From Octopus sinensis (taxonomy: Eukaryota), in NCBI RefSeq assembly GCF_006345805.1, contig NC_043021.1, positions 2,852,001 through 2,916,000 of the forward strand: a DNA stretch of 64,000 bases. The letters run 5' to 3'. Every line of letters starts with the position of its first letter. Position 1 is the stretch's first letter. A model generated the notes under the pieces. That model was not told where the DNA came from and searched no databases. It saw only the letters and a program-made list of their open reading frames with translations. A program made the position numbers and the translations under genes. Of the stretch, positions 15,051 to 27,960 are shown piece by piece.

Positions 15051-15610
15051 AAATGCAAGCTTAAAAGGTACCAATGCATGTTGGCCACCCTTAAATGTCT
15101 TACATATGTAAATATATGTGTATATATGTATGTGTATATATATGTATATATATATATATGCTCATAGTACTGCATTTCTGCTTAACAGCCTGTGTTGGTG
15201 TATTCACGTCCCCATAACTTAGTGGTTCAACAAAAGAGACCAATAGACTAAGTACCATGCTTATAAAAAAATAAGTACCGGAGTCAATGCATTCAACTAA
15301 TCATTCTTCAAGGTGGTGCCCTAGCATGGCCACAGTGTAATGAGTGAAACAAGTAAAAGATAAAGGAGACTGGATAAAATGCTTAGCGGCATTTTGTCTC
15401 TCTTTACAATCTGATTTCAAATTCTGCTGAGGTTGAATTTGCCTTGCGTTCCTTTTGGGGGTCGATAAAATAAGCATCACTCAAGTATAAGAGTTGATGC
15501 AATCAGCTTCCCCCGCCCACTAAAATCTGCTGGCCCTTGTTTTAAAATTTGAAACCATTTTTGCAGCAATTTAAAAATAATTTTTTTTGTTTTTTTATAT
15601 TTCTTTCAAG

Positions 15611-15693
15611 ATTTTGGACACAGCTTATGTGAAAGATAAATCGGGACGGAACATGCCTGCTTATCGAATTCACTTTCAGGGATGGAACAGCAG
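15611..15693 (+). CDS. MSL3: MSL3-like exon 2 (ILDTAYVKDKSGRNMPAYRIHFQGWNS)
   Basis: Acceptor ttctttcaag|, donor AG|gtattg. Chromo barrel IHFxGWN motif. Phase 0 to 2. Confidence 0.93.
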
Positions 15694-16571
15694 GTATTGT
15701 ACTTCTCTTGTTTTCGACTTTCAGTATTCTATAGGTCTAAACTCATTTAATTTTTTAGTATTCTGATTACTCTTACAAATGTAATGTCTATTTATTCACC
15801 TGTGCCACCGGCTAAAAAGCACCAATCTGATCGTGGCCGTTGCCAGCCTCGCCTGGCACCTGTGCCGGTGGTACGTAAAAAGCACCCACTACACTCACGG
15901 AGTGGTTGGCGTTAGGAAGGGCATCCAGCTGTAGAAACACTGCCAGATCAGACTGGAGCCTGGTGCATCCTTCTGGCTTCCCAGATCCCAGTTGAACTGT
16001 CCAACCCATGCTAGCATGGAGAACGGATGTTAAACGATGATGATAATTGTTTTGAGTTAAATATGAATTATCTCATAGCCTTCAGATTTTGATGGTATGA
16101 ATGTTTATTTTTAGAATAACATTGTGGCATAGGTGTGAGAGACCAGATCTGGCCATTTTCAACATGAAACCCGTAGAATATTTTAGCCAGATATGGATAC
16201 TTTAAATGCTAAAGGGTTAAAAACAATCCCTTTTTTTTTCCTGGTAAACAATATTCCTAAGTTGACATCAGTTTTCTCTGCCATTGAAGTGAAGGAATAA
16301 AGCAATATGATTAATTAATTAAGATTTACAGCACGGTTTGGAGTATTGGGCTGGTTCCCAGTTTCTCTGATGTAGATGTTCCTCCCTGGACCAGATGCCG
16401 GTCCATCACAGAATTATTCCTTTTCACTAGCTCAGTGGACTGGAGCAATGTGAAATGAATGTTTTTGGACGATATGTATATAATTGTATGTCTGTGATGA
16501 GCTTTGAAATATAAACAAAAAAAAAAATTTCCTCAATTTATGTTACCCTATGTTTCTCTAATTCCTTTCAG

Positions 16572-16664
16572 CTGGGACAGAACTGTTGGTGAGAACTACA
16601 TCTTAAAAGGCACCGAGGAAAACCGAACTCTAATGAAGCAGTTGGCAGAGACTGCAAAGTGCTA
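16572..16664 (+). CDS. MSL3: MSL3-like exon 3 (SWDRTVGENYILKGTEENRTLMKQLAETAKC)
   Basis: Acceptor cctttcag|, donor |gtaagt. SWDR...TEENR..L motif of MSL3/MRG15 chromo barrel. Phase 2 to 2. Confidence 0.92.
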
Positions 16665-16697
16665 GTAAGTAAAACTCAGCCCATCAATTGCTTTGTG

Positions 16698-17088
16698 TAG
16701 ATCGTACAAACAATAACTCTGAGCACCTTTTCAAACTCCACCCGTCTAACACCCGTGGACATATTTACAAAGTCAGAAAACAGCACAGCTCCCATGACTT
16801 CAGGAAACATTTTTTCACGCTGAGAGTTGCTGAAGCATGGAACAAACTGCCGGCGTCAGTTGTTAGTTGTCGGAGCACTGCATCCTTCAAAACTTCCATG
16901 CTTCCTGAGATTCGCCAACACTACACCTGATTTTCTCCCCTCCATACACACAGAGGCATGTATCTGACTCATACATTGTTCGCTTTCCAGACATTTGTAC
17001 ATTACTGCATATACTTTATACGCACTTTCTGACAAGTTGTGGTGCACCTGAGCACTGTTTACAATAATTTCATTATTATTTATTATTA
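16698..17088 (+). mobile_element. CR1-like LINE 3' end in MSL3 intron 3
   Basis: TRGH.YK......RKHFFT.RV..AWN.LP..VV motif, then a 3' UTR and (ATT)n tail. Confidence 0.8.
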
Positions 17089-17286
17089 TAGATGCAGAGA
17101 TAATACGTGCATCATCCTGATGCATGTATCATCTCTCGATCTTTGAGGGTTTTACTCTTGCCCCTCATCACTACCATATTATCTTTTTCCCATATCATCT
17201 ATTGTTTGATCTCCATTGTAGATTGATGTTTTCCATTTCAAATATAATCTGTTTTTACCAATTGGTTGTCTCTGTTTCAATTGCAG

Positions 17287-17455
17287 TCGTAACAACAAGG
17301 CCCGCAAGAACAAAATTGACGACATTTTAGAGAAGGCCTTTAAACATAAACCTCTGTCATTTGACAGTAGTAGCGACTGTGAGTCAAGTGAGGAATCCTC
17401 AGAGCCAGATGGAGATGCTAACAGAAACAACGGTCGGAATGGAACCAATGGAAAT
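17287..17455 (+). CDS. MSL3: MSL3-like exon 4 (basic, then Ser/acidic linker YRNNKARKNKIDDILEKAFKHKPLSFDSSSDCESSEESS...)
   Basis: Acceptor ttgcag|, donor |gtgagc. Open in the frame required by exons 3 and 5 (phase 2 to 0). Confidence 0.85.
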
Positions 17456-17853
17456 GTGAGCTCGACTTTTTGCTTTCTGTTTCTGAAATATCCTTTTTGT
17501 TATGTCTTCATCATTTTGTTGACGATTTTGTTAATATTAATGGTTCTATATTTAAGAGATGAGGAATTATGTACATTATTTATAGTTGTCGGATATTTGT
17601 CCTCATCTTGTTTGTTGTTAACACAATGTTTTGGCTGCTGTACCCTCCAGCCTTCATCAGGTGTCTTGGGGAAATTTCGAACCTGGGTTCTCATTCCTAA
17701 GGTATTTTTCAATGTTGTTATTATTATTCAGGTCACTGCCTGGAATTGAACTCGGAATCTTGGGGTTAGTAGCCTGTGCTCTTAACCAATACGCTATATG
17801 CCCATGGGCATATAATTAAATATATGTATTTAAATAAATATATAAATAAATAA

Positions 17854-17885
<32 letters not shown>

Positions 17886-18148
17886 TTTATTTTATATATT
17901 AGGGAATAAAAATTCCGGCATCACAGGGAAATGTATATGTTATTTAGAGATAGTAGACCCCATCATCACACCATATAAAAGAATTTTAATTTAATACTAC
18001 TCATTTCTCTGCTACACGTGTAGCAGAGAAATGGGTGAGTTCTCTCCCTTACTTAAGCTGGATGTTGATTATTTGTAATATTTGGCGAATGAAGTCTTTG
18101 GTCTCTTAAACCACAGAAACTAATAAACATTTAAAAAATTATTTGCAG

Positions 18149-18277
18149 AGAGATGACGACGAGGATGAGAACGAAGAAGAAAGTAATGATGTCGAGTCTG
18201 GAATCGAGCTGACCATTCCAAAAGTTCTTCGCCAGAAACTGGAAGAAGATTGCTACATGATTAACAAAAAGAAGAAA
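18149..18277 (+). CDS. MSL3: MSL3-like exon 5 (RDDDEDENEEE...IELTIPKVLRQKLEEDCYMINKKKK), start of MRG domain
   Basis: Acceptor tttgcag|, donor |gtaaat. IxIPxxLxxKLExDC..IN is the MRG-domain N-terminal helix. Phase 0 to 0. Confidence 0.92.
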
Positions 18278-18795
18278 GTAAATCCTTTTCACTGTTTTCC
18301 ATTTCTACACATTTACTAATTAGAACTACGGTCAAAGACGATAAAAGTAAAGTTGTATATAAACCCAAGATTCCTTTTTTTTTAACGACTTAGCTTTCAC
18401 TCCTTCTTGCCTCTATCTTCTTGGTCTTCCTCTTCTGCTAGTTCCTTTCACATGGATCTCTTGGCCTTTCTTTATGCAACTATTATCATCTACACACATT
18501 ACATGTCTGTACCAATGCAGTTGTCTCTCCTTCTCTCTCTCTTGCACACTACAGCTTCTTTCTCTCTCATCCAATTCTTCTCTAAGCTAATCCACATCTC
18601 ATTTGTTCTTGTATGCCAACATTATCTAACCAGCAGGTCATAATTGTTTGTTTGTTTCCTTCCTTCCCTCACCCGCCCTCTGCATTCAATGCTCATATTT
18701 CACTAATATGCAACATCCATACTTTCTACCTCAATACCATGGATGCTAAAGCATTAAATCTGTGTACAATAGTCAGAAAATTATTCTTAACTTAA

Positions 18796-19017
18796 CCCTT
18801 TAGCATTCAAAACCGGCCATATCTGGCCAAAATATTTAACCTGTTTTATATTGAAACTGACCAGATCCCACCTTTCATCTCAGCCCAACCATGTCGTTCT
18901 AAAACTAAAAAAATCACATCACCGAAATCTCTAAACTACAAGATAATGCATGATTAATTCAAACCATTTTAAATAAACAAACATCACATTTGACAGAATA
19001 ATCTGAACACTAAAGGG
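18796..19017. mobile_element. piggyBac-like MITE
   Basis: TTAA|CCCTTTAGCATTCA...TGAACACTAAAGGG|TTAA. Related copies near 15750-16220, 37096-38205 and 38230-38695. Confidence 0.8.
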
Positions 19018-19040
19018 TTAAATTATTTCTCTCTTTCCAG

Positions 19041-19183
19041 TTCCTGCGTCTTCCAGCCGAAATTAATGTTGTGTCGGTATTAGAAGGTTATGTCAAAAAT
19101 TTTTCCGTCAATGTTCTCTATGGTTTGTCTGACCGTTGTAAACAGAGAGGAAACGGTAAAAACCCTGCCATCAATATCAAAAG
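19041..19183 (+). CDS. MSL3: MSL3-like exon 6 (FLRLPAEINVVSVLEGYVKNFSVNVLYG...)
   Basis: Acceptor ctttccag|, donor AG|gttgga. LP...N...LE.YVK.F MRG motif. Phase 0 to 2. Confidence 0.9.
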
Positions 19184-20752
19184 GTTGGATTCTACTTTAA
19201 TTTCTGCAATTTATATATTTTTTGTGGCTTAATGGTTTAGCGAAAGAGGTCGATACAGTAAGTACCAGGTTTTAGAATAAGTACTGGGGTTGATATACAA
19301 TACTCTTGTTGCAGGCATGGCTGTGTAGTTAAGAAGTTTGCTTCCCAACCACAAAGTTTTGGGTTCAGTCCCACTGTGCGGTACCTTGTCCACATGCCAA
19401 CCAAAGCCTTGTGAGTGGACATGGTAGGTGGAAAATGAAAGAAGCCCTTTGTACATACATACATACATACATACAGATATGTTTATGATTTTGTCTCCAT
19501 GCCTTGACATAATGTGATTGTTGTGAGTGGGTGTCATTCATCTCCTACATTCTGCAAAACCATGCCATGCCATCATGAGGAAATATCACCTTGCTTGAAA
19601 ACAGGAGAGAGTTGGCAACAGGAAGGGCATCTGGCCATAGAAAATATACCTCACTAAACTCTTTGACCCATGCAAGCTTGAAAAAGTGAATGTTAAAACA
19701 GTAATGATGATGACTCCTGCTTTTAACTACAGTGAAATGCACCTAAGCATGGGACCTGTTTGTACCTAGCTGCTCTGTACTCAAATTGAGAGTTAACCAT
19801 TGGGTTACAGTCAGTGCTGCATGTACAACTATGTGGTTCAGTATTGTAGTGATTTAATTAACATATTAATACCAATCTGTGTGATCCATCCATCCTTCTC
19901 CACTCACTTTTCCTTAGAGACTTGCTAGATTCCCAAGCATGACCAACTGAGACTATGGACTTTATCCAACCATATCATTCTTGGTCTACTCCTAGGTCCT
20001 CCCCCACTGGTTGGCTCAGCTTGAAGAATCCATCTTGCGATTCTTTGCTGTGGCATTCTAATCACATGTCTGTGGTACCTCTCCATGCAGAGGCAGCTTG
20101 ACCTGGAGAGACTTCCTGTTGAGTAATGTTACCCTAGAGATTCTCTGGAGGAGAGCCCCATTTTGACAGTCATACTCTTTCGGTTATTACCCCATATTAA
20201 TGATCATAGATGAGGATAGGCATGACAACTTGATGGTGATGAGTCTGTAAGTCTACGATATCTCTGTATCATCACTGAACATTTTGTTGGTATGTGTTGT
20301 GCCTAGAATGAACATTGGTGATATTTCACATACTGTTGCTCTGATGAGACTAGCTCAACTCTCAGAATAGCTGAAAACTCATCATCATCATTGTATAACA
20401 TCCGTTTTCCATGCTGGCATGGGTTGGACAGTTTAACAGGAGCTGGCCAGCTGGGGAGCTGTCCAGGCTCCAATTGTCTGCTGTGGCAAGGTTTCTACAG
20501 CTGGATGCCCTTCTTAATGCCAACCACTTTACAGTGTGTGCTGGGTGCCTTTTACATTCCACTGGCACAGATGCATTTTATGTGGCACCTGGAAAGGACA
20601 AACCTGTATGTATGGATGATTGTGGTTTTACTTCGTTTGACGCATCTTCTCAAATACTGCAAATCGCCACAACCAATCATTTTGTTAATTCTTCTGGGTA
20701 ATTTGTTCTTAACCGTTTTCTTTTCCTTTTCTTTTTCTTTTTCCTGTTGCAG

Positions 20753-20875
20753 CATTCCTATATGTCGGGAAGTAGTAGATGGAATTCGTGTCTGTTTTGA
20801 CTTCTCTTTATCAACTATTTTATTGTACAGTTTTGAAAAAGATCATTATTCAAAGTTTATTAGTCATCGTTACAG
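20753..20875 (+). CDS. MSL3: MSL3-like exon 7 (SIPICREVVDGIRVCFDFSLSTILLYSFEKDHYSKFISHRY)
   Basis: Long polypyrimidine tract plus gcag|, donor AG|gtaaat. C.E.VDG.R..FD..L...LLY..E MRG motif. Phase 2 to 2. Confidence 0.93.
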
Positions 20876-22112
20876 GTAAATAACTTTTGTCATATTAAAC
20901 CCTGTCTCTCACTTTTTCTCTCTCTCTCACTCTCTCTCTCTCCTATATATCTATTTGTCCCCACTCTCTCTCCCCTATCTATCTATTCTATCTATCCCTC
21001 TCTTTCTCTATGTCTCTCTCTTTCTCTCTCTCTGGACACAACCATGACCAAATGGTTAATAAGTTTACTTTGCAATCATGAACTGGGATCAATTTCACTG
21101 TGTGAACTCTTCAGCAAGTCTTTCACCACACCTTGAGCTACACCTGAGCTTTGTGAATGAAATTGGGTTGACAAACCATTTGGAAACCTTTTGGATGGAT
21201 TTGGTCTTGTGATTAGACCCACAATGAGTAAAAGATTTTGTTGGGTACAACACGTGTTTCAAACCATTCTGGGTCTCTTCGGGTACATCAATAAAAAGTC
21301 TCACTAGAGATTTTCTGAGTCAGCTTACACACTGCTAGATGTCCATCAAATTCAAGAATGAATGAAAAACAGAGAAAAATTATTGAAATGCAAAAAATTC
21401 AAATATGAACGTGAAAATTATACATTCTAGTTTAGAGAAAATACAGGAGGATCAGTTAGTTATGATTTTATTCAACATATTCCCCTCTCAGATTCACACG
21501 CTTATCGCAGCAGTTGTGTGTGTGTGTCATCATCATCATCATCATCATCATCGTTTAACATCCGTTTTCCGCGCTAGCACGGGTTGGACGGTTTGACCGG
21601 GGTCTGGGAAGCCAGGGGCTGCTCCAGGCTCCAGTCTGATCTGGCAGAGTTTCTACGGCTGGATGCCCTTCCTAACGCCAACCACTCCGCGAGTGTAGTG
21701 GGTGCTTTTTACGTGCCACCTGCACAGGTGCCAGGCGAGGCTGGCAACGGCCACGGTCGGATTGGTGTATTTTACGTGCCACCGTCACGGAAGCCAGTCG
21801 AGGCGGCACTGGCATCGGCCACGAGTCGGATAGTGCTTTTTACGTACCACCAGACCAGGGGTCCTGGCTGGTTCAATTCGATTTCGATTTCGCTTGCCCC
21901 AACATGTCTTCGCAAGCAAAGGGGGTTGGCATGGGTGCCTGTTGTCGGATGAGGTTCTATATCGACTTCGCTTGCCTCAACAGGTCTTTGTGTCCAAGGG
22001 AGGAAAGGCATAATGTATGTATCTATTATTTTATTTATATATATATATAATGTATGTGTTTGTTATTTTATTTCCACACTGTATTAACATTGTGTTTCTA
22101 TATGTTTCACAG

Positions 22113-22923
22113 CCAACAGAAACTGTCATCGCCTCAGCCTGACACTTCCAGTTGTAGTCCTGTTAATAATAACACAAACAATTGCAGCAGCCAGTGTACC
22201 CCAGAATTCAGTTCTTCTTGCGAAACGGGTCAAAGAGATAAAATTCGCAGAATATCCGAGAACTGTGTGGCGAGGTCAAACTCTGAGGAAATCTCAACGG
22301 ACAGCGAGTGTTCAGTGTCTGTGGTTTCGGCACCACTGACGCGGCGGGTGACGAGACAGTCTGTCGCGGAAACGGCTAGAATCAGTCGGAAATCGAAGCA
22401 AAAGAAACGAATTAGTTCACGGAACACGGGTAGGTGGAAGCCGGTTGCTAAGTGCAGCAACAGTAGTACGGAAATCTCAAGTGATGGCTGTGGTAATGAC
22501 AACATCAATGGCAGCGGCGATTTCTCGGTGCCGTCTGCTAGCCTTTCCGCGACTCTTAGTTCTTCTATGTGCAGCAAAGATTCTAAACAAACTGCCAATC
22601 AAACGGACAGTTGGACGAATTGCCCCACCGAGGCTTCATTTCCGCAACACCAGCTGCACGATCAGCTGCAGTGGAACACACAGGGTGCAGTGAAGACCGA
22701 GACTGTTGACGCTGCATCTTCATCCTCTCCCACAACACCTTGCATGGCTTATTTCTGTGATTCGCATTTGAAAATTGAGGACAATCTGCCATTACCATCA
22801 TCCCCTTGCCCTCAAATTGCTGCTGTGATCAACCCGTCTTGTGCAGAATCAAATATGTTGTCACTTCGTCAGGCATTATTAAGTTCCTGTCATCGTTCAC
22901 CTTGTCAGGATCTTCTCAAAGAG
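22113..22923 (+). CDS. MSL3: MSL3-like exon 8: 811-nt Ser/Cys-rich insertion within the MRG domain
   Basis: Acceptor tttcacag|, donor GAG|gtaggt. Lies in the long non-repeat ORF 22054-22977. Phase 2 to 0 joins exons 7 and 9. Confidence 0.85.
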
Positions 22924-23089
22924 GTAGGTTTGTGCTTGCACGCACACACAGATGCATGCTCATGTACACATATATAAGTTTTTGGTGTTTTTTGTTTCAT
23001 ACCAGTCTTTATCTTTGCCAGTATGGTATATTCAGCTGTGTGTATTTTGTGAGTGGAGGTTAAGCAGAGAGAGAGAGAGAGAAAGACTG

Positions 23090-23133
<44 letters not shown>

Positions 23134-25496
23134 AGCTTTGCTGTGTGGCAAGAAGAATTTACGTAAGGCGGCGAGCTGGCAGAAACGTTAGCACACCGGG
23201 CAAAATGCTTACCAGTATTTCGTCCGCCGCTACCTTCTGAGTTCAAATTCCGCCGAGGTCGACTTTGCCTTTCATCCTTTCGGGGTCGATTAAATAAGTA
23301 CCAGTTACGCACTGGGGTCGATATAATCGACTTAATCCGTTTGTCTGTCCTTGTTTGTCCCCTCTCTGTGTTTAGCTCCTTGTGGGTAGTAAAGAAATAG
23401 GTATTTCGTCTGCTGCTATGTTCTGAGTTCAAATTCCGCTGAGGTCCTCATGATTGTGAGCCAAATACCCTAGACACTAACCCACATGCCTTCACTTGTA
23501 GTTCATTTACAAAGAACCTGTTCTTTGTATATCTATGTATGGAGATTGAAGTGTTTGGGGAAGACTGGAGTGCATTGTTTGGGAGTAATGAAAGCATGCT
23601 CCATGCTGGTATGGGTTAGATGCTTGACAGAATCTTATGTGTCCAAAGACTGCATTATGCTCCAGTGTCTGGCATGGTTTCCGTTGCTGGATGCCCTTCC
23701 TAATGCCAACCACAATGCAGCATGTCCTAGGTGTCCTTTGTTTTTTGCGAGCCATTGGCACTAGCAAGGTTGCCTCCACTTGGATTGTTGCAAGTTGATA
23801 GTTGTAAGAAAAGGATATAGAGGGAGAGAACTCCGGGGGTGGGGGGAGGAAGGACTGGGTGTAGTGGTTAGTGCGGTGCTTGTGGGAGTGTATATAACGA
23901 GTGTTGAGAAGTGGGAAGATGAATGGGCCGGGAGCGACTGAGTGGAGGTGACAAGATCCAAAGCAGCTCAAGGAGCAGAAGCCATTGTCCTAGCGGTAGA
24001 CGAAGTGGAGAGAAAGGAAGAACTGTGGTTAACAATTTTGCCTGACATGCTAACAATGCGGCCAAATTGCTTTCTACTTCAACTTCTACTACTGCTACTG
24101 CTACTGCTACTACTACGCTGCTGCTGCTGCTGCTGCTGCTACTACTGCTACTGCTACTACTACTACTACTAATAATAATAATAATAATAATAATTCTTTC
24201 TAAAAGAGCACAAGGTATGGAGTTTTCAGGAGGAAGGAGTTACTTGGTTACATCACATCAACCCCCAGTTCTTGACTGGTACTTATTTTATCAACCCCGA
24301 AAGGATGAAAGGCAAAGTTGACCTCAGTTGAATTTGAACTCAGAGTGTGAAGACGGATGAAATGCCCTTTAGCATTTCGCCCTATGGGCCAACGGTTTGA
24401 TGCTGAGTATTTTGTCTGATCCAGTAACTTATCTGCCAGCTTGTTGCCTTAATAATTATAAAAACCCTTTCTACTATAGGCACAAGACCTGAAATTGTTT
24501 TGGGGGTAGTGGGGAGTAGTCAATTACCCCATTGATCCCAGTATTTCACTGGTACTTAATCTATTGACTCCAAAAGGAGGAAAGGCAAAGTCGACCTTTC
24601 CAAAATTTGATCTCAGAATGTAAAGACGGATGAAATGCTGCTAAACATTTTGGGCAGTGTGCTAATGATTCTGCAAGCTCGCCTCCTTAATAGTAATAAT
24701 AATAATAATTCCAATTTTTGGCTCAAAGCCAGCAATTTTGGGGGCAGAGGTAAGTCGACTTGAATTCAGAATGTGAAGATGGATGAAATGCCGTTAAGCA
24801 TTTCGCCCGGTGCTCTAATGATTCTGTAAATTCACTGCCTTAAAGGAATGGTACTAAGTATTTGTCTTAATAATAATAATAATAATAATAATGGGTGGGA
24901 TGGGCAACATAACATGAAGAAATCTAACTGGCCCCACCTATGAGATCATGCACCGTCTATCTCATTATGAGATCACCTTGGTGCGCACATATGGTTGTTG
25001 TGATACATGTGCCTGGTGTACCCTTATCAGATGGGTAGTTGTGATGATGGGTATGTTTGGCTTCATATATTTGTACCCCTGTGTCACTTTGATGGCATGC
25101 AGTGCTCTCGCACTCAATAATAGTAATAATAATAATGATGATAATAATCACAAATTAAACTTAAATGTTGAAGTGAATCGAACGGCTTTTGTGTGTTTCT
25201 TAAATGGCTTACAAACACCTTCCACGCTGCAATTGTTTTCGTTTCAGCACACGATCTCAGATCAAATCACCTGCTATGCAAGTACATCTCTGATAATAAT
25301 AATAATAATGATATTAATAATAATGATAATAATAATAATAGCAATAATAATAATGATTTCATTTATTTGAGACTAGGGCAAAGAATGAGTAGGACAGTAC
25401 AAAGACAGACAAAAATGAAATGATAAAACATAAATAACAAAAAATAAATCTTTAATTAGATTTTTTATTTAACGAGATTGTTGTTCTTGCTTGCAG

Positions 25497-25632
25497 GTCT
25501 TCCATTCACAAACGGATCAAAGTAGTATTGATGAAATCTTCACGTGGAGATTGTTACCTCAATCTTTCTATAGTCAATGTCCTCCACAACCCTCCATCAT
25601 CTGTGGTCCTCAGCAATTGTTACGTTTATTTG
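25497..25632 (+). CDS. MSL3: MSL3-like exon 9 (VFHSQTDQSSIDEIFTWRLLPQSFYSQCPPQPSIICGPQQLLRLF)
   Basis: Acceptor ttgcag|, donor G|gtaagt. W.L.P....PS.I.G.Q.LLRLF MSL3 MRG motif. Phase 0 to 1. Confidence 0.92.
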
Positions 25633-25899
25633 GTAAGTAGTTCCATTTCAGTACATACGCTTAAGTTGATACCTGTAAACCCCCTTTTTTTTTTTGTGTT
25701 TGGATCAACTTACAGTAAGTTGGTGCCTTTGAACTTTTAACATTCTGCTGAAAATTTTCTAATTCAAAATCTCTGTCACATCATAATTGAGTAGGAAGTG
25801 TCTAAGTCTGGGTTGCTTTATTCAAATGTTTATAGTGTCTTTATTTGTGGTCAGGTTATAATGGAAATTGGCTGTATTGTGAAAAAGACTTTTTAAAAA

Positions 25900-26310
25900 A
25901 AATATTAATAGCCAGTGAAAGATCTTGGGAGTTCCACAAAGATTGCTATTTCTACACTGCCTTTGTTGACCTCGAGGTAGCTTTCGACGCGGTTGAGCAC
26001 ACACCCCTCTAGAAAATTCTCAAGCTTGTCAGTGCACCCACCAAGATCACTGCTCTGTTTTAATGGCTCTATAGCAATGCTGAGAGCTGTTTGGGTGAAT
26101 GGAAAAGATTCTGACTGGTCCTCTACCAACAGCAGAGTCAGACAGGGCTGTGTGGCTAACCCTGACCTTTTCAACTGTGTCATTGATTATCTGATGACCA
26201 GGGTCTGTGAGTGAGTCTCTGGCATTATCTTTGGGAACTACTACCTTACTGACCTGGAGTATGCGGACGATGTCACTCTGTTCAGCAATTTGATTGACCA
26301 CCTCAGGGTC
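25900..26310 (+). mobile_element. Degenerate LINE reverse transcriptase fragment (RTE-like)
   Basis: FVDL..AFDAV, VRQGCV..P.LFN and LEYADD motifs with frameshifts and stops. Confidence 0.75.
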
Positions 26311-26934
26311 AATCAAATTGCTGAATAAACAATTCAAGTGGTACAGGAGAGACACGTACTTATACTGTTGGGTAGGTTTGTATTGTATAAGATATTAAGG
26401 GTTTAAGGATTGCCTTAAAAATGCTCTAATACAGATAGGAATTGCAGCTGGTAATTGGGAGAGGGAGGCACAAGACTGTGATGGATGGAGGAAGACAGTG
26501 CATGATGTTTGTTTAAGGTTTAAGAGGTAGAGAGTGAAGTATGAGAGAATTAGGAGGGGGCTTAGAGGGGGGGGACATGTGGAAAGTGAGAGTGTTGCTT
26601 TTTGTGTGTGGTTTGTGGGAAGAGGTGTTTGAGTTTCACAGGAATTGACTCATGATAAACAGTGATGTGGCTATTAAAGTTCACAACAGAACATGTGTAA
26701 AATGTGGAAGGGTGTGCCTCTCAGCTGGAGGTCTGAAAAGACATGTTAAGGAGTGCATATGGTGGCACCTGTTCCTCTTGGCAGCCAGCACAGTTGTGCA
26801 GTATGAAATAAAATGTGTTAAAGTTTGGCTGGGCTTAAAAGTCATATAAGGGCATCACATGGCATCAGTAAAGAATCATTTCAGTAAAGCTTTTTGGCAA
26901 TGGGTTTTCTTGTATAACAAGGCTGCAGCTATGA

Positions 26935-26973
<39 letters not shown>

Positions 26974-27534
26974 ATATGTATGTATATATGTATGTAAGTA
27001 CGTATGTATGTGTATATATGTGTGTATATATGTGTGTATATATGTGTGTATATATATGTGTGTATATATATATATATATGTGTGTATATATATGTATGTA
27101 TATATATATGTATATATCATCATCATCGTTTAACGTCCGTTTTCCACGCTAGCACGGGTTGGACGGTTCGACTGGGGTCTGGGAAGCCAGAGGCTGCACC
27201 AGGCTCCAGTCTGATCTGGCAGTGTTTCTACAGCTGGATGCCCTTCCTAACGCCAACCACTCCGCGAGTGTAGTGGGTGCTTTTTACGTGCCAGGGGGTT
27301 CTGGCATCGGCCACGATCGGTTGGTGCTTTTAACGTGCCACCGGCACGGAAGCCAGCCACATTCGGATGGTGCTTTTTATGTGACACCGGCACAGGTATC
27401 ACAACTACTATTTCCATTGATATTGGTTCGATGTTCATGTACATGCACTTGACTCAACAGGTCTCCTCAAGCACAGCGAGATGTTCCGGGATCCAAGGTA
27501 CTTTGAATGGGCAGGGGCTTTGCGGAACTGGTAT

Positions 27535-27960
27535 TTATCTACATGGCAGTGAAACATGGGCCGTGACTGCTGAGGACATGTGTAAGCTTGCAAGGAATGA
27601 AGCCAGTATGCTCTGCTGGATGTAAAATGTCTGTGTGCACACTTGACAGAGTGTAAGTGCCTTGAGAGAAAAGTTGGACCTAAGAAGCATCAGATGTGGT
27701 ATGCAAGAGAGACAACTGTGCTTGTATGGTCATGTGGTGAGAATGGATGAGGACAGCTGTGTGAAACAGTGTCACACTCTAGCGGTTGAGGGAACCTGTG
27801 GAAGAAGTAGACCCAGGAAGACCTGGGATGAGGTGGTGAAGCATGACCTTTGAACATTAGGCCTCACCGAGGCAATGACTAGTGACCGAGACATTTGGAA
27901 ATATGCTGTGCTTGAGAAGACTTGGCAAGCCAAGTGAGACCATAACCCGTGGCCTATGCC
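27535..27960 (+). mobile_element. RTE LINE 3' fragment
   Basis: LHGSETWA, L..YGHVVRM and GR.RPRKTW.EVV..DL motifs. Confidence 0.8.
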
